NCBI GenBank assembly: GCA_951406725.2
Contig: OX597814.1
Location: 19,220,001-19,284,000 of the forward strand
DNA length: 64,000 nucleotides
Source: Octopus vulgaris
Taxonomy: Eukaryota
Direction: 5' to 3'
Shown: piece by piece, positions 27,653 to 41,739 of the stretch
Numbering within the stretch: the stretch's first letter is position 1
How the letters are laid out: each line of letters opens with the position of its first letter
Position numbers and translations under genes: made by a program
Notes under the pieces: generated by a model
Told to the model about the DNA's origin: nothing
Databases searched by the model: none
Seen by the model: the letters and a program-made list of their open reading frames with translations, nothing else

Positions 27653-28193
27653 CACGCATCTTCCTAACAATCACAGTATCATAATGACAGAATTTATTTT
27701 GAGCAAAATGAAAAAAAAAAACTGCACCTTTGCCAACTCATCGCCCTAAATTTCCTTATTGTCTACCATTCATAATCACTACTAAATTTGACGCAGCTTT
27801 ATTGCGTTCATTTATTTATTTATTTTTACTTCCCCCGTTCCTATTCAGCTTATATCAAAAGGAATTATTATAGACACACTTGCTTTAGAGATTGTTTGCA
27901 GCAGCCATTCATAGACACATTTTAAAAGAAAAATAATGGTGAAGATTTCGTTATGTTTAGATATAGACGGGTGAAATCATCCTATAAACTACAGAGATTA
28001 CCCTCCAATATATTATTACCGTAGGCTTTATTGTATACTTATTGATGATAGTTTCAAATAGCATAAAGAGATGGAAAAAAAAAATTTATATTGTGTTTTG
28101 TTCACATTGCAAAATATGCAGATTATTTTAATAAAAAGACATTTCAAAATGAGCCCCAAAATCAACAACGATAAAGTGTAATAAATAAATTAA

Positions 28194-28232
<39 letters not shown>

Positions 28233-28280
28233 ATATGAATGCGCTTCATGGAAAGTGTCATTTGTCTCATGTATTAAGTG

Positions 28281-28330
<50 letters not shown>

Positions 28331-28334
28331 TTTA

Positions 28335-28378
<44 letters not shown>

Positions 28379-28420
28379 ACTTAATACATGAGACAAATGA
28401 CACATATATATATATACATA

Positions 28421-28472
<52 letters not shown>

Positions 28473-28859
28473 TGTATTGGTGAGTGTATATGTGTGATTT
28501 ATGCGCCATTGTGATGTAATAAAGATATAGAATGAGTTATTGACAGCACTAACAATAGTTATATGTACGTTGACACACACAAAAATATGGAGAGTTACAC
28601 TTACAAGAAAACACACAAATACACACACGCACGCATACACATGCACACACAAACATGCAAGCACAGGAATATCTTTAAAAATTGAATTACAAGTATAATA
28701 TATAGCAAAGTCGGGAGAAGAGAAATCAATCGAAAAAAAAGACAACTAAATAAATATATCCTCCTAGAAGTTGAAAGCAACTGTAAATAGACCAAATTAA
28801 AAGATTTCAATGGTAAATTTCTGTATAGTCATCAGTCCTACGAACGCACTCACACACAC

Positions 28860-28995
28860 ACACACACACACGTATATATACAGTATACACAATCATAGAC
28901 GTAATTTACTTGTATATCTTCTGTGTGTATACACATATACACCAATATATACAAATATATGTGATATATTATACATGAGTTTGCTCGTGGAACAC

Positions 28996-29027
<32 letters not shown>

Positions 29028-29152
29028 GCGTATATATACAGTATACACAATCATAGACGTAATTTACTTGTATATCTTCTGTGTGTATACACATATACAC
29101 AAATATATACAAATATATGTGATATATATTATACGTGAGTTTGCTCGTGGAA
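28860..29152. repeat. About 160-bp tandem duplication
   Basis: CAGTATACACAATCATAGACGTAATTTACTTG...GAGTTTGCTCGTGGAA twice, each copy preceded by (CA)n. Confidence 0.9.
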
Positions 29153-29548
29153 ATATTTATATATGCATACACACATACATACATGCATACATACATACAT
29201 ACATACATACACACGTGTGTGTGTATGTGTATGTGTGTGTGTGTGTATGTATGTGTGTGTGAAGTACTTAATTGAGTCTGGGATCGAAATCGTTTCAAAT
29301 CTGTATCTGTGTACGCGAGAAGGGGTTGAAGATGTATTGTGTCCATTTAAAACCATAACAAGACATTATTCATATCATTCGCCCCTTATAAATATTATAT
29401 ATTTACATGCAAATATGTAATTTCAAACTAAAACCACTCGATACTCGTAAGTAAATTTATAGCAAGGAAATATAAAAGTACATACATCAAATACACACCT
29501 ACGTACACAAACACATACATGTAATCAGCAATACATACACACACACAC

Positions 29549-29584
<36 letters not shown>

Positions 29585-29616
29585 GCACACAAATACACAG
29601 CAATACACACGTGCGC

Positions 29617-29677
<61 letters not shown>

Positions 29678-29764
29678 AGTATGTGTGCGCAGAAAAAATG
29701 TGAAGCTGGTGTGCGTGAGAGTGTAGTTAATTATATACACTTCCGTTTTTTCTTTTTAATTCTT

Positions 29765-29810
<46 letters not shown>

Positions 29811-29970
29811 GCATTTCTATTAATATGCATTCGTAACCAGTATTGTAAAAAAATTAAAAGCCATCCATCGATATATACTCGCATACATATGCATTTATAC
29901 TTACACACACACGCATATAGCATACACACACACACGCGCGCACACACACATACATACACACATACACACG

Positions 29971-30024
<54 letters not shown>

Positions 30025-30327
30025 TAAATATTTACGCATGATCGCGTGTTTATGTATTTTTGCGAGATGACGCGCGGCCTAGAGGTAAGTGATTTGCACC
30101 GAAGATCAGAAGACCGTAATTTCTATACCTTGGCCGGACTTGCGCTGTGATTTTGAGCAAACTCTGCATTTCATGTTGTTCCACCCTACGCAGCTATAAA
30201 TAGCTCCCCACAATAAGGATTCAGTGAAATTGCGTTTAGAAGTGAAAATACGTTTAAAAAATTGTTGAAGGAACCTAAAGTTCGTTTATTTCCCAACACT
30301 GCTTTGCGCTACATCTAATATACATAC

Positions 30328-30536
30328 GTGACTGTGTGGTAAGAAGCTTGCTTCCCAACGACATGGTTTCGAGTTCAGTCCCACTGTGTGGCACCTCTAG
30401 CAGGCGTCTTTTACTATATAACCTGGGGCCGACCAAGAGCCTGGTGAGTGGATTTGGTAAACAGAAACTGAAAGAAGCTCGTCGTTTATATATTTGTATA
30501 TATCTATGTATATGAGTCTTTGTGTCTGACTTTGTC

Positions 30537-30540
<4 letters not shown>
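30328..30540 (+). mobile_element. SINE A, 5' half
   Basis: GTGACTGTGTGGTAAGAAGCTTGCTTCCCAAC...GAAACTGAAAGAAGC. Confidence 0.85.
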
Positions 30541-30586
<46 letters not shown>

Positions 30587-30651
30587 AGAGTTCACGAAAA
30601 AGCTAAAGACGAAGACCGGCGGTGTACAAAACAAACCAGGAATTGAAAAAG

Positions 30652-30688
30652 TCTTTTACGTTTCGAGCCTACGCTCTTCTACAGAAAT
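30652..30688 (-). ncRNA. Minimal hammerhead motif (CUGUAGA core) in pLTR-like fragment (about 30583-31270)
   Basis: Minus strand: TTT-CTGTAGA-A-GAGC-GTAG-GCTC-GAAA-CG-TA^AAAG; same family as 58758. Confidence 0.7.
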
Positions 30689-30950
30689 GGATACAGAAAA
30701 AAAAACAAGGAGAGAAAAAATATATGTAGTGGCTACCGATCTATCAAGGCGACTGCCGGACAGAAGGGTCACACAGGAGAGCGAAGAAGTAGGGGAGATA
30801 ACAAAGTAAAGATGACCCCCCAACACGTAGGGTCGTGTGTGTATTAGAGAACGTATGTCCGTGTGAAAGAGGGCTGGTGGTCTTGAAGTGTGCGTGTATG
30901 TATGTGTAGGTGTGAAAATGTGGGGCTAGGAATTGGCTAGGAATTGGTCA

Positions 30951-31167
30951 GGCGGCGAGCTGGCAGGAATGTTAGCACGCTGGGCGAAATGCTTAGCTGT
31001 ACGTTCTGAGTTCAAATTCCGCCGAGGTCGACTTTGTCTTTCATCCTTTCGGGGGTCGATAAATTAAGTACCAGTTACGCACTGGGGTCGATTTAATCGA
31101 CTTAATCCGTTTGTCTGTCCTTATTTGTCCCCACTATGTTTAGCCCCTTGTGGGCAATAAAGAAATA
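30951..31167 (+). mobile_element. SINE B inserted into pLTR-like fragment
   Basis: TSD AGGAATTGGTCA(G) at 30939 and 31168. Confidence 0.92.
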
Positions 31168-31273
31168 AGGAATTGGTCAGTGCTGGTGTATGGGTGGTGT
31201 GTTGTGATGTGATGTGTAATGTTGTATGGTATAGTGTGGTGTGGTGTGATGTTGTTGGGTGGGGGTGGGGCGA

Positions 31274-31668
31274 ACTGCAGCCATGCTGGAGCTCCAGCTT
31301 TAGTTGAGCAAATCGACACCAGGACTTATTATTTGGAAGTCTAGTATTTATTCTATCGGCCTCTTTTGCCGAACCACTAAGTTACGTGAGCGCAAACACA
31401 CCAACATCAGTTGTCAAGAGATGTTTTTTTTTGGGGGGGAGCAAACACAGACACACAAACATCATATACACACACATACATATAAATATATATATACATA
31501 TATACGACGGGCTTCTTTCAGTTTCCGTCTACCAAATATACTCACAAGGCTGTGGTCAGCCCGAGGCTATAGTAGAAGACACTTGCCCAAGGTGCCACGC
31601 AGTGGCAATGAACATTGGACCTTGTGGTTAGTAAGCAAGCTACTTACCACACAGCCACTCCTGCGCCT
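31274..31668 (-). mobile_element. SINE A
   Basis: Matches consensus from head into tail. Confidence 0.9.
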
Positions 31669-32129
31669 ATATATATACATATATATATATTCAAATTCAG
31701 GGAGTGGAACGGGTAAAATGCACACTACATATGTTTCTTAGTTAGCCGATCCGCTGATGCACTAGTTTCTCAACGAGGAGTACTCCACGTAGGTAATCAT
31801 CAGGCTGAGATCACCTAAATTAAATGAAGGTTATCGTGAGTTATCGATACCGGACAAAGTGTGTAACCTTCGATACCAATAAATTTTTATTGTTCTCTCT
31901 CACGCTCTGTATAAATACAGACTTGACAGAAATAAATAGACACCCTTATATTTAAGGGTGTCTATATTTAAGTTCTATATTTAAGAGATGGGGAATTATA
32001 TACATTATTTACATTTGCGTTAACAACAAACAAGATGAGGACAAATACCCTTATAATCGTTAAAATTTATTGAAATCTGAAATTCAATTTCAAGTTCTTT
32101 ATTAATTATCATATTATGAATATCTAATA

Positions 32130-33134
32130 TTTTGTAGGCATGCCCTTTATATTTTTGATACAAGGACTCTGTGCTAAGCATGCTACTGATCAGATGACGA
32201 ATATTCTCTTTAGGAATTTCTTTCCAAATCTCATGCAGTAATTACAAAAGATCTGGCTTTGAAGATGTTTTCTTGTTCTTTTTACGAAGTGTCCAATCCA
32301 TTATGCCCCTGAGGTGATCGCTAGGGTTAATATCTGGTGACTGGCTCGGCTATGTAAGCTTTTGAATGCCATTCTCTTCCAACCAATCTTTAGCTGTGTG
32401 ACAAGGAGCCCTATCTTCCATAATTAAAGAGTCTTCTTCAATTATTTCGCCGCTGGAGAAAATTCGAAGGAGTCCTTTCTACACTATGGACACATATTTA
32501 TCTGAGTTTATGTTTCCCTCACTTTCCACCAGCTCTGATCAACCATCGCTCCAAATTGCTCCCCCAGACCATCACAGAATAGCTGCCGTGTTTCATTGTT
32601 GGCTGCAACCGTTTCACTTCAAATTCTTGATCACAGAGTCTCCAGATCCACATTCGATACAATCAGAAACTACAGCAAATCTGGACTCATCAGAGAATAT
32701 GACAGAGTCCCAAAATGCTAGTGGCCTTTTCACAATGTCACTGGCCCCAAATTCTCTCTGCTTGATATTAACTGGTCGAAGAAGTGGCTTCCTACTTGCT
32801 GCTCTTCCATAGTATCCAACTTTGTGGAGATACCAAACAGCTGTTCTAAGACTGATATCAACTTGTTCTGTGAAGTCAGAGGCCTTTCAGTTTGGATTAA
32901 CCTCTACTCTTCTCTTAGCAAAGTGAAAGGTTCTGTCAGATGGCCCTGGTCGACCTAAGCGAGGTTATGGGGACTGCTTCCCCTTTTTGGTAAATTGCAC
33001 AATCACTCTTTTAACTGTAGAAAGCGTGATCCCAAGACTTTCCGCGATTTTATGATAAGTGCACCTTCAGATTCACCCACAATACGGCCTCTTTGAAATG
33101 CAGACAGTTCCAAAGCTTCTTTTGTACGTGGCAT
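32130..33134 (-). pseudogene. Tc1-like transposase pseudogene
   Basis: MPRTKEALELSAFQRGRIVG...FWDSVIFSDESRF...LIMEDRAPCHTAK...PSQSPDINP...EIWKEIP; stops and frameshifts. Confidence 0.9.
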
Positions 33135-33565
33135 GATTAAAGTCAGATACAGAATTTGAAACATACAGATGTCAATTAATAAAAAAAATTATAAACCTTT
33201 TCAAATTAAACTAAACATAAAACGATGTTATATAGTATGGCTATTTACTTCTGTCATGTAAAGTGACGAAGCTATCTTTTTAGTCTAACGCACGTGTTAT
33301 GCATGATATGGGTTTGGCTAGACAAAGCTTTCGCTTAGTCTTTAATATTTTCGCTTTATACATAATGATATCAAAAATATTGATATTAGTCTTCCAGTAT
33401 CTTGTGTGGTATTGTTCCCCAAATCTTAGCATATACATCTGATTAACCCGAATAGATTTTTCTTGATCGTGTCTCGTCAGAATATGTACACATTTTGTTA
33501 TAGTTCTCAAATATTGAACATCATTTCTGGGCTTTTATTCCGAGCATTCTATTTAATGGGGTTAC

Positions 33566-33885
33566 GTGAAGGCTCATGGTTCAGTGATTAGAGCGTTGGG
33601 ATCACAATCAAGAGTTAGTGAGTTCCATTCTCGGACCGGGCTGTGTGTTGTGTTCTTGAGCAAGACACTTTATTTCACGTTGCTCCAATTCACTCAGCGG
33701 CAGAAATGAGTTACGACGTCATTTGGATAACATCAGTGGCGTGCAGAGAAAAGTTGGTGTGCATGAGGAACTACTGATCTTCCATAATCAACCTTGCCCA
33801 AAATTGTGCGTAGGAGGGTAATTTGCTAGGTGCAATCCCATTCATGACCGAAGGGGGTCTTTACACTTTACCCTTTACCCTTTAC
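33566..33885 (+). mobile_element. SINE family E (tRNA head, TTGAGCAAGACACTT core, CCTTTA-type tail)
   Basis: A-box-like TGGTTCAGTGATT, B-box-like GAGTTCCATTC; related pieces at 635 and 30066. Confidence 0.75.
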
Positions 33886-34811
33886 GTGTTTATTCCCATA
33901 AAACCTTACGACCTAGTGTTTCTATTTGATGAAGTCTCCATTTTACAGATTAAAAGCATTATGTAAATCCTGTTCGGGGTAGTTCCAGCACAAATATTTA
34001 CTCTATTTAAGGGTATTGAGCTCTTTTCTATTTTCTGCGTAGTATCCCCGTGGCATCAACCCTACGAATACTCTACTAACTACCTATAGAGAAATATTGC
34101 GGAAGACAGAGAGAGAGAGAGAGAGAGAAAGAAAGCGTGTATGTGACAACAGACATACAGACCGAGAGGGGGGAGCTAAAACGAAAGATGTATATAACGA
34201 ATGAAAAAAAGAAAAGAAAGGCGGAAAAGATAAAAAGAAACAATCTGAACAAAAGGAAAGGAGGAAATGAGAGAAACGGTGCTCGTTGCGGGTCAACTTT
34301 CTTATATGTATAGGCGTAAAAATTGTTCCCCTCGTGTATACGATATCGTATGACACTTGTCAACGTTTTGGGAAGCTCAAAAGACACTCGATCACCTAGT
34401 TTGATATACTATATTTATTTACTTATTGATGTTTTGTTGTTGCAGTTGCTGTGGTTATTGTTTTTTTTTTTGTTCATGCTTTTAACACAAAGCAACAGAA
34501 AAAGAAAGAAAATAATAGGGAAAATCAGAAAGAAAAAAAACGGGAAGAGGTAAAAGTGAATTCTATTTACTAGTGTAATAACTACGACCTGACCTGTAAT
34601 GACACATCAATCAGCTGGAATTTGGAGTTTGACAGCCATATATATATATTCCCTCAAGTTTGGGTGTCTGTCGTTCGAGAGAAAGACCGCCTCACTTACC
34701 CTATCATTAAAGCTATTACAACCACCGCTGCTAAACACTACAATTGCTCTCAACCCACAGCAATCAAAGCCACTTCTATTAGCATCTGAGCCACAATCCA
34801 GTTATAATACC

Positions 34812-35043
34812 TATTTCTTTATTACCCACAAGGGGCTAAACATAGAGGGGACAAACAAGGACAGATATAGGTATTAAGTCGATTACATCGATCCCAGTGC
34901 GTAACTGGTACTTAATTTATCGACCCCGAAAGAATGAAAGGCAAAGTCGACCTCGGCGGAATTTGAACTCACAACGTAACGGCAGACGAAGTACCGCAAA
35001 GCATTTCGCCCGGTGTGCTAACGTTTCTGCCAGCTCGCCGCCT
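34812..35043 (-). mobile_element. SINE B, full length with TSD
   Basis: TSD AGTTATAATACC at 34800 and 35053. Confidence 0.92.
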
Positions 35044-35187
35044 TTTATAACAAGTTATAATACCACCACTAAAATACCGCCACCACCACCACCATTATCA
35101 TCATCATTATTATTATGATTAATACTTTCTGCTGTAGGCACACGATCTGAATTTCGTGATTACATGGACCCCAGTACTAGACTGGTA

Positions 35188-36020
35188 CTTATTTCATCGT
35201 CTCCTCCGAAAGGATGAAAGGCAAATTCGGCCGCGGCGGAATTTGAACTCAGAACGTAACAGCAGACGAAATGCCGTTCAGCACTTTGCCCGGACGTGCT
35301 TAACCATTCTGCTAGCTCGTCGCGTTTAACATTATTATAATAAGCAAAGAATAGCCCTCGATGTGTTGTTAGACTTATTGGGAAAAGCTGCTAAAAAAAG
35401 AGAAAAAGAAAATTTACATTCAATAAAATAAAGGCCTCAATGAAAATAGATCATCACAGCTGTAATGGTCTTTGACCATAGTTTCACCAGGGGCTAAACA
35501 ACAAAAACTTATCTCATCGTCTCCTCCGAAAGGATGAAAGGCAAAGTCGGCTGCGGCGGAATTTGAACTCAGATCGTGAAGTCAGACGAAATGCCGTTCA
35601 GCTAGCTCGCCGCGTTTAACATTATTATATATTTCTTTACTACCCACAAGGGGCTAAACACAGCGGGGACAAACAAGGACAGACAAAGGGATTTAGTCGA
35701 TTACATCGGCCCCAGTGCGTAACTGGTACTTAATTTATCGACCTCGAAAGGATGAAAGGCAAAGTCGACCACGGCGGAATTTGAACTCAGAACGTAACGA
35801 CAGACGAAATACGGCTACGCATTTCGCCCGGCGTGCTAACGTTTCTGCCAGTATTATAATAAGCAAAGAATAGCCCTCGATGACTTGTGGGAAAAATCTG
35901 CTAAAAAAAGAGAAAAATAAAATTTATTACATTCAATACAATAAAGGCTTCAATGTAAAAGATCATCACAGCTGTAATGGTCTTTGACCATAGTCTCACC
36001 AAGGGCTAAACAACAAAAAA
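35188..36020. repeat. About 320-bp local tandem duplication; second copy interrupted by SINE B (35630-35851, minus)
   Basis: CATCGTCTCCTCCGAAAGG...ATAAGCAAAGAATAGCCCTCGATG...GGGCTAAACAACAAAAA twice. Confidence 0.88.
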
Positions 36021-36140
36021 CAACTTCATCATCATTATTATGAATATCGTTTTACTTCTCCCGAAGCTTGGAACATTAATACTTCTTCAAAAATTTGTAA
36101 GCAAGTCTATTAATTGAATCAATTAAATCGTAAAAATAAA

Positions 36141-36438
36141 TCTTTATATATAAAAGTCAAGTTGTGTGTCTGTCTCCTACGATTTAGATTCCTAACTACT
36201 CCCACATTTTGCGGTGCAGTTTAACCAAAAGCGGGTATCTTATAGTCGTGATTCATATCGAGCCCATCTGGGTATTAGCGCGCGTCTACGATGAGTCTAC
36301 GATTTTAAAAAAAACTTACCATCATTTTTTTCCATTTTTAATGCATTTTTTTGCTATTATATAAGGGAAGTAACTCTCTAAAATGCTTATATAGTTATTT
36401 CCCTTACAAACCCGAGCAACGCCGGGTGATACTGCTAG
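36141..36438 (+). mobile_element. Non-autonomous Helitron (short variant)
   Basis: A|TC...CCCGAGCAACGCCGGG...CTAG|T. Confidence 0.9.
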
Positions 36439-36685
36439 TTATATTATACACGGAAGAATGAAATGTAAAATTGATTCTAACGATGTGTGTGTTCAGTGAG
36501 TGTAGTGATGTCTCGAAATAATGTAACTTGTCCTATCTCTATCGGCGTATGTGCCAGTATATGCAAAAACTTGCCCAAGGTCCCACGCAGTGGAGCTGAA
36601 CCTAGAACCATGAGAGAGAGGGAGAGAGAGAATGTGAAAGAGATACGACAGAAAGACAGGCAAGTAAGAAAGCAGCCAAATGCGC

Positions 36686-36722
<37 letters not shown>

Positions 36723-37598
36723 GGAATTGGGAAATTATTTATATTCTCAGGTAGGAATGTCCATCAAAATGCGTGCGGCCACGAGGAAACTCATTGCTTA
36801 TCACATGACTTGAAATACAAACTTGTTATTGTTGTTATCCCCAAGTTAGCTATGGTGAAGAAGAACTATGATCACTAGGTTCCAGCCATGATCATCTCGT
36901 CTTAATTTTGAAAACTACATTCAGATGTATCATATCCTACTTTTTTTAAGATATCAAGGTTTGTTTTAAGTTGAATTCAGCTGCCTATCTTCAACGCTTC
37001 TTACAATTACGTAAAGATTCCCTCGTAAACGCAATATTGAATTTTTAAATTTAATTTACTTTAATTTAATTTAATTTTTAACAAGCCCAAATATCAGAGA
37101 TTTTAGATTACCACCCGAGTCAAGTGTCATATTTTAAAACGAGAATCTTTCTTTTCATAACGAAATGTCAAAATGGAGCGGTCAGCTCCCATTACAAACA
37201 AGGCTTCCGAAATTAAGAAGAATAAGGAGGAGGAAACCACAACGGAAAGGTCACCCGGACACAGAAGAAAATATTTGCTGGTTAATATCCTCTGGTAAAG
37301 TACTTGATCTCAATGTATTGAATTATGATTCTTTTTTTATATCCTGTTTTCAAGACCGACCGAAGACGACTTTGCTTTCGTAGCTTCACGATTGATAAAT
37401 CGATAAATGACAGTAAAACCTTTAGGACAAAACAATTGATTACGCTACTCGCTCAACATTTTTTCTGTTTCGTCAATTTAATAAATCATTATTATGTTCT
37501 ATAGTAGTTCAGTCCCGATGAAGTTCTAAAAGTGAACAGAACTAAATGAGCTCACCTATAGCGAAAACACCCAAATAATGAATTAATGAACTCTGTAT

Positions 37599-37983
37599 GT
37601 GGAAGCATTCCGTCGGTTCCGACGACGAGGGTTCCGGTTGATCCGATCAACGGAACAGCCTGCTCGTAGAATTAACGTGTAAGTGGCTGAGCACTCCACA
37701 GACACGTGTACCCTTAACGTAGTTCTCGGGGATATTCAGCGTGACACAGAGAGTGACAAGGCCGGCCCTTTGAAATACAAGTACAACAGAAACAGGAAGT
37801 AAGAGTGAGAGAAAGTTGGGGTGAAAGAGTACAGCAGGGATCACCACCATCCCCTGCCGGAGCCTCGTGGAGCTTTAGGTGTTTTCGCTCAATAAACACT
37901 CACAACGCCCGGTCTGGGAATCGAAACCGCGATCCTACGACCGCGAGTCCGCTGCCCTAACCACTGGGCCATTGCGCCTCCAC
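37599..37983 (-). mobile_element. SINE C, full length
   Basis: Matches consensus; head-to-head with SINE A at 37996. Confidence 0.92.
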
Positions 37984-37995
37984 AACAAACATTAA

Positions 37996-38163
37996 GCGTA
38001 GGAGTGGCTGTGTGGTAAGTAGCTGGCTTACCGACCACATGGTTCCGAGTTCAGTCCCACTGCGTGGCACCTTGGGCAGGTATCTTCTACTATAGCGAAG
38101 CGTCGACCGAAGCTTTGTGAGTGGATTTGGTAGACGGAAACTGAAAGAAGCCCGTTGTATATA

Positions 38164-38210
<47 letters not shown>

Positions 38211-38452
38211 TTGTATGTGTGTGTGTGTGTGTGTTTTTACTTGTGTGTCTGTTTGTTCACCCTACCATCGCTTGACAACCGATGCTGGTGTGTTTACGTC
38301 CCCGTGACTTTGCGGTTCGGCAAAAGAGACCGATAGATTAAGTACTAGGCTTACAAAGAATAAGTCCCGGGGTCGATTTGCTCGACTATAGGTGGATTCT
38401 CCAGCATGGCCACAGTCAAATGGCTGAAACAAGTAAACGAGTAAAAGAGTAA
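37996..38452 (+). mobile_element. SINE A, full length
   Basis: GCGTAGGAGTGGCTGTGTGGTAAG ... GAGTAAAAGAGTAA. Confidence 0.92.
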
Positions 38453-40999
38453 ATTATCAAACAGTGATGTTAGCTTCATAACTGAGAATATTTGATATGT
38501 GTTTTATTTTTTTAGGACAAGGGGGACAGGCAGAATCGTTAAAATATTAGCCGACAAACCTTGTGGGATAATATGATAGCACTTTACGTCTTGAGCTCAA
38601 ATCCTGCACAGTTTAAATATTCGCCTTCAGTTATTTCGGGGACGACACAATAAAGTATGAGTCAAGTATTGTGGTCAGTTTAATCGACTTCACCCCAACA
38701 ATCAACCAAAACCTTGTATTAATGTTTGAAATCAATATTTATGGAGTCTGAAGATTATTACAACAGCTTCATTTCTTACATCACGAATAGAATGACACGC
38801 TTTGAAAGATATGCAAACAAATACTTATAATTATTGCAATTAGTAATTTGTACAGACATTGATTGTTGTATGGAGCAGAAGCTAACTTTGTAGTTTCATA
38901 ATTTCAGATTTAATTTCGTAGCATGATACCTTGGACAACTCTTTCTTCCCGAGTCGACAAACTCAAAAACTGTAGACAGAAATTAAGTACATGAAAGATG
39001 TGGTAGCCTCTTCTATTCTTGGGAAGTAGTTTTAATCAGTCCCTCTTTGAAACATCACCATTTCTTTCTTGTATGCTCCTTAGCGGAGTATTTCTTATTG
39101 CAAAAGATAGAACCAGCTTTCTATCCTGCGGAATTTAATTCCTCCTTTCTCTCCACCATCCTCGAACTTCCTGAAGAAGATTATGAGCTCTCCCATGTCT
39201 GAATGTCTAATTCAGGTAACCAAACATGTTTGAAGTCAATTCCCACAGCAGTTAACTGTCTTTAGCCGGGTCGATTGAAAATTCCGCATCCTTATACCAA
39301 TTGAAGTAATCAATACTTTGAAAGTTGTGTGCATCATCATCATAATCATAGGTGCAGTGAACATGTGACATGGTTTAGTTTTAAGAAAATACACAATACT
39401 CTAAATATTTTCTTTATAAATACTACGAGAACTGTGGAAGTTCTTCGTTTTATACATGTTCTTATTTTTCTATTTTATCGTATACGTCTTTAGATTTTTC
39501 GATTATATCTTCGATTTCACTCCATAGTGAAGATTGTGTAAAGAACTTGTTTCATACAAACTTCTGATTAAGCTTTTGATCTCATTCCATAACTACGCTT
39601 CTATTGGAACACATTGTGACAAACAGGAAAATTTTTTCCATGTTGCCAGGTATACAAACGAACACGTCTCTAGTGGTCGATCGACACGCTAGAAATAATA
39701 ACCAATCCTCATTGAATTCACGAACTATAGAAACATTATACCATAACCAAAGACTTCATTATTACACCAGCTATGTCTGCCTGATCAAGAGATAACCTGT
39801 GTGTGAACAATAATTAAGTACTCATCATATATAAGATAACAAGGGTAGACAACATTTATGAGGGCTATGACACAAAGCTCACACCCTTACTCATAAGTTT
39901 ATAACCTTTTTCATCCAGTATCAGAATAATAATAATAATAATATTCAGTGAACGTCCCGGGGATTTTGTTGTTTTGACTTATATAGCTTTGTTGAGACAA
40001 GGAAAGTAACTGAATTCCTAAGAAGTGTAATTGCTGCGTTCCTCATTCATCACATTCGAAATTCATATTCTTCTAGGATTGATAAAATAAGTACCAGTTA
40101 TATAGTGTGGTCCATTGAGAGGAATGTAATCGTTTTCTACTCCTTATTATCCTCTATAGGAAATGAGTATTAGTACTAGATGTTGTCCTTCCGTGTTGTT
40201 AAATTCTAACCCATCATGTATAATTTTGCTTTTCCTGTCTTTGCAGCTCGATAAAATATAAATCTTTAATAGATTAGAATTGATTCAATAGATATTAATT
40301 TATCGCTAAAGAACATTTGGCGCATTTCCTAGGTCTCTTGATCAGCGAGGAAAAAACCAACAAGATCTTCATAAAATCACACCCTATAATCTTAAGAAGA
40401 AAACAACATCCAAATGTGGGAACACATTAGATAATGTAGTTCTACATAACTCAGGAAGGATGAGGGTTAGGCAGTGAAGAAATTCCTTTGATCATAATTC
40501 CTTTGTTTGACCAGAGCTGACTTGAAGTTAAATACCAACAACAACAACAACAACACTCCATGAATGACTCAATGTTAACGATTGCTCAATAAATGCTAGA
40601 AGAAAATCGAAAATTTCTCTACAAAAAACTGTTTATATATTTATTTACTTATTTATTTGACGAACACCTATGAATTATTTCTGCCTTCATCTTGCTCAAC
40701 GCGTGTGCTACAAACATCAAGGAGAAATACAATATATTCATAAGCAATTTGTCAAGTTTACCTTTTATTTATCCTTTTGATTTTGCTGTCACAAACATCA
40801 AGGAAATGAAGTTATGCGTGGGATTTAGTATCGTTTTATATCACGCTACTCGACAAAATAATATATATTGTTTTGTAAAGTAGTCTGAGGTAATGTTTCT
40901 AAATCTCGTGTTGATCTTTCCTGAAGTACAATACATCGTAAATGTTCTGAAGTGATCTTCGGCGCTAAACTGTCAGACATATGATTGTGGGCTGAACTA

Positions 41000-41045
<46 letters not shown>

Positions 41046-41739
41046 GTTTTTTTCGCAAAAAGAAATAGATATTGCTGTCGATATATCTTTTAACCATAGT
41101 AATTGTGTTTCTTCCCCATATTTTGAAGAAAGAAAAAAAAATAAAACAATGTACAACCTTTTACCACCATCCATCAAAGTCAACCTTTTTGGAACTCCCT
41201 AGTCGATATTTTGTTACCGCTAAACGCCCTCCTTATGTGTGTCTTTCAATATCGTGCTATATTTATATCACGCCATGCAGAATACATACGCAAATATATA
41301 AATACACGAACATAGTCAAACTCTCTCTCTCACACACACACACATGTAAGTAAGCGCATTGACACTTATAGACACAAGTACATAATGGGTGGGCTTTTAT
41401 TTCCACATTTGCTAATCTCCAGCATGTGAACACTTTGATTTAACCGCTCTTCAATCATATTAATATTACATCTATCACACATTATAGAAACCGCTGAGGA
41501 AGCGATGGCTATCACAAAGCCATTTCTTTTTCTTATAATTTTGTGACCTTATATACCCTAAGAAAGTTATCAGTATAATAATTGTTTTATAAGAGCGGTC
41601 TTGGTAACAGAAAATGTAGTTTCTAGCTAAATAGCATGCGATATGTATTTGCCTCACTATACGATCTGACTTCAAAATCCAACGAACTAGACCAGCGTTT
41701 CTCAAATGGGTTGTAATGCCTCCTCCAGAGCTTTATATA

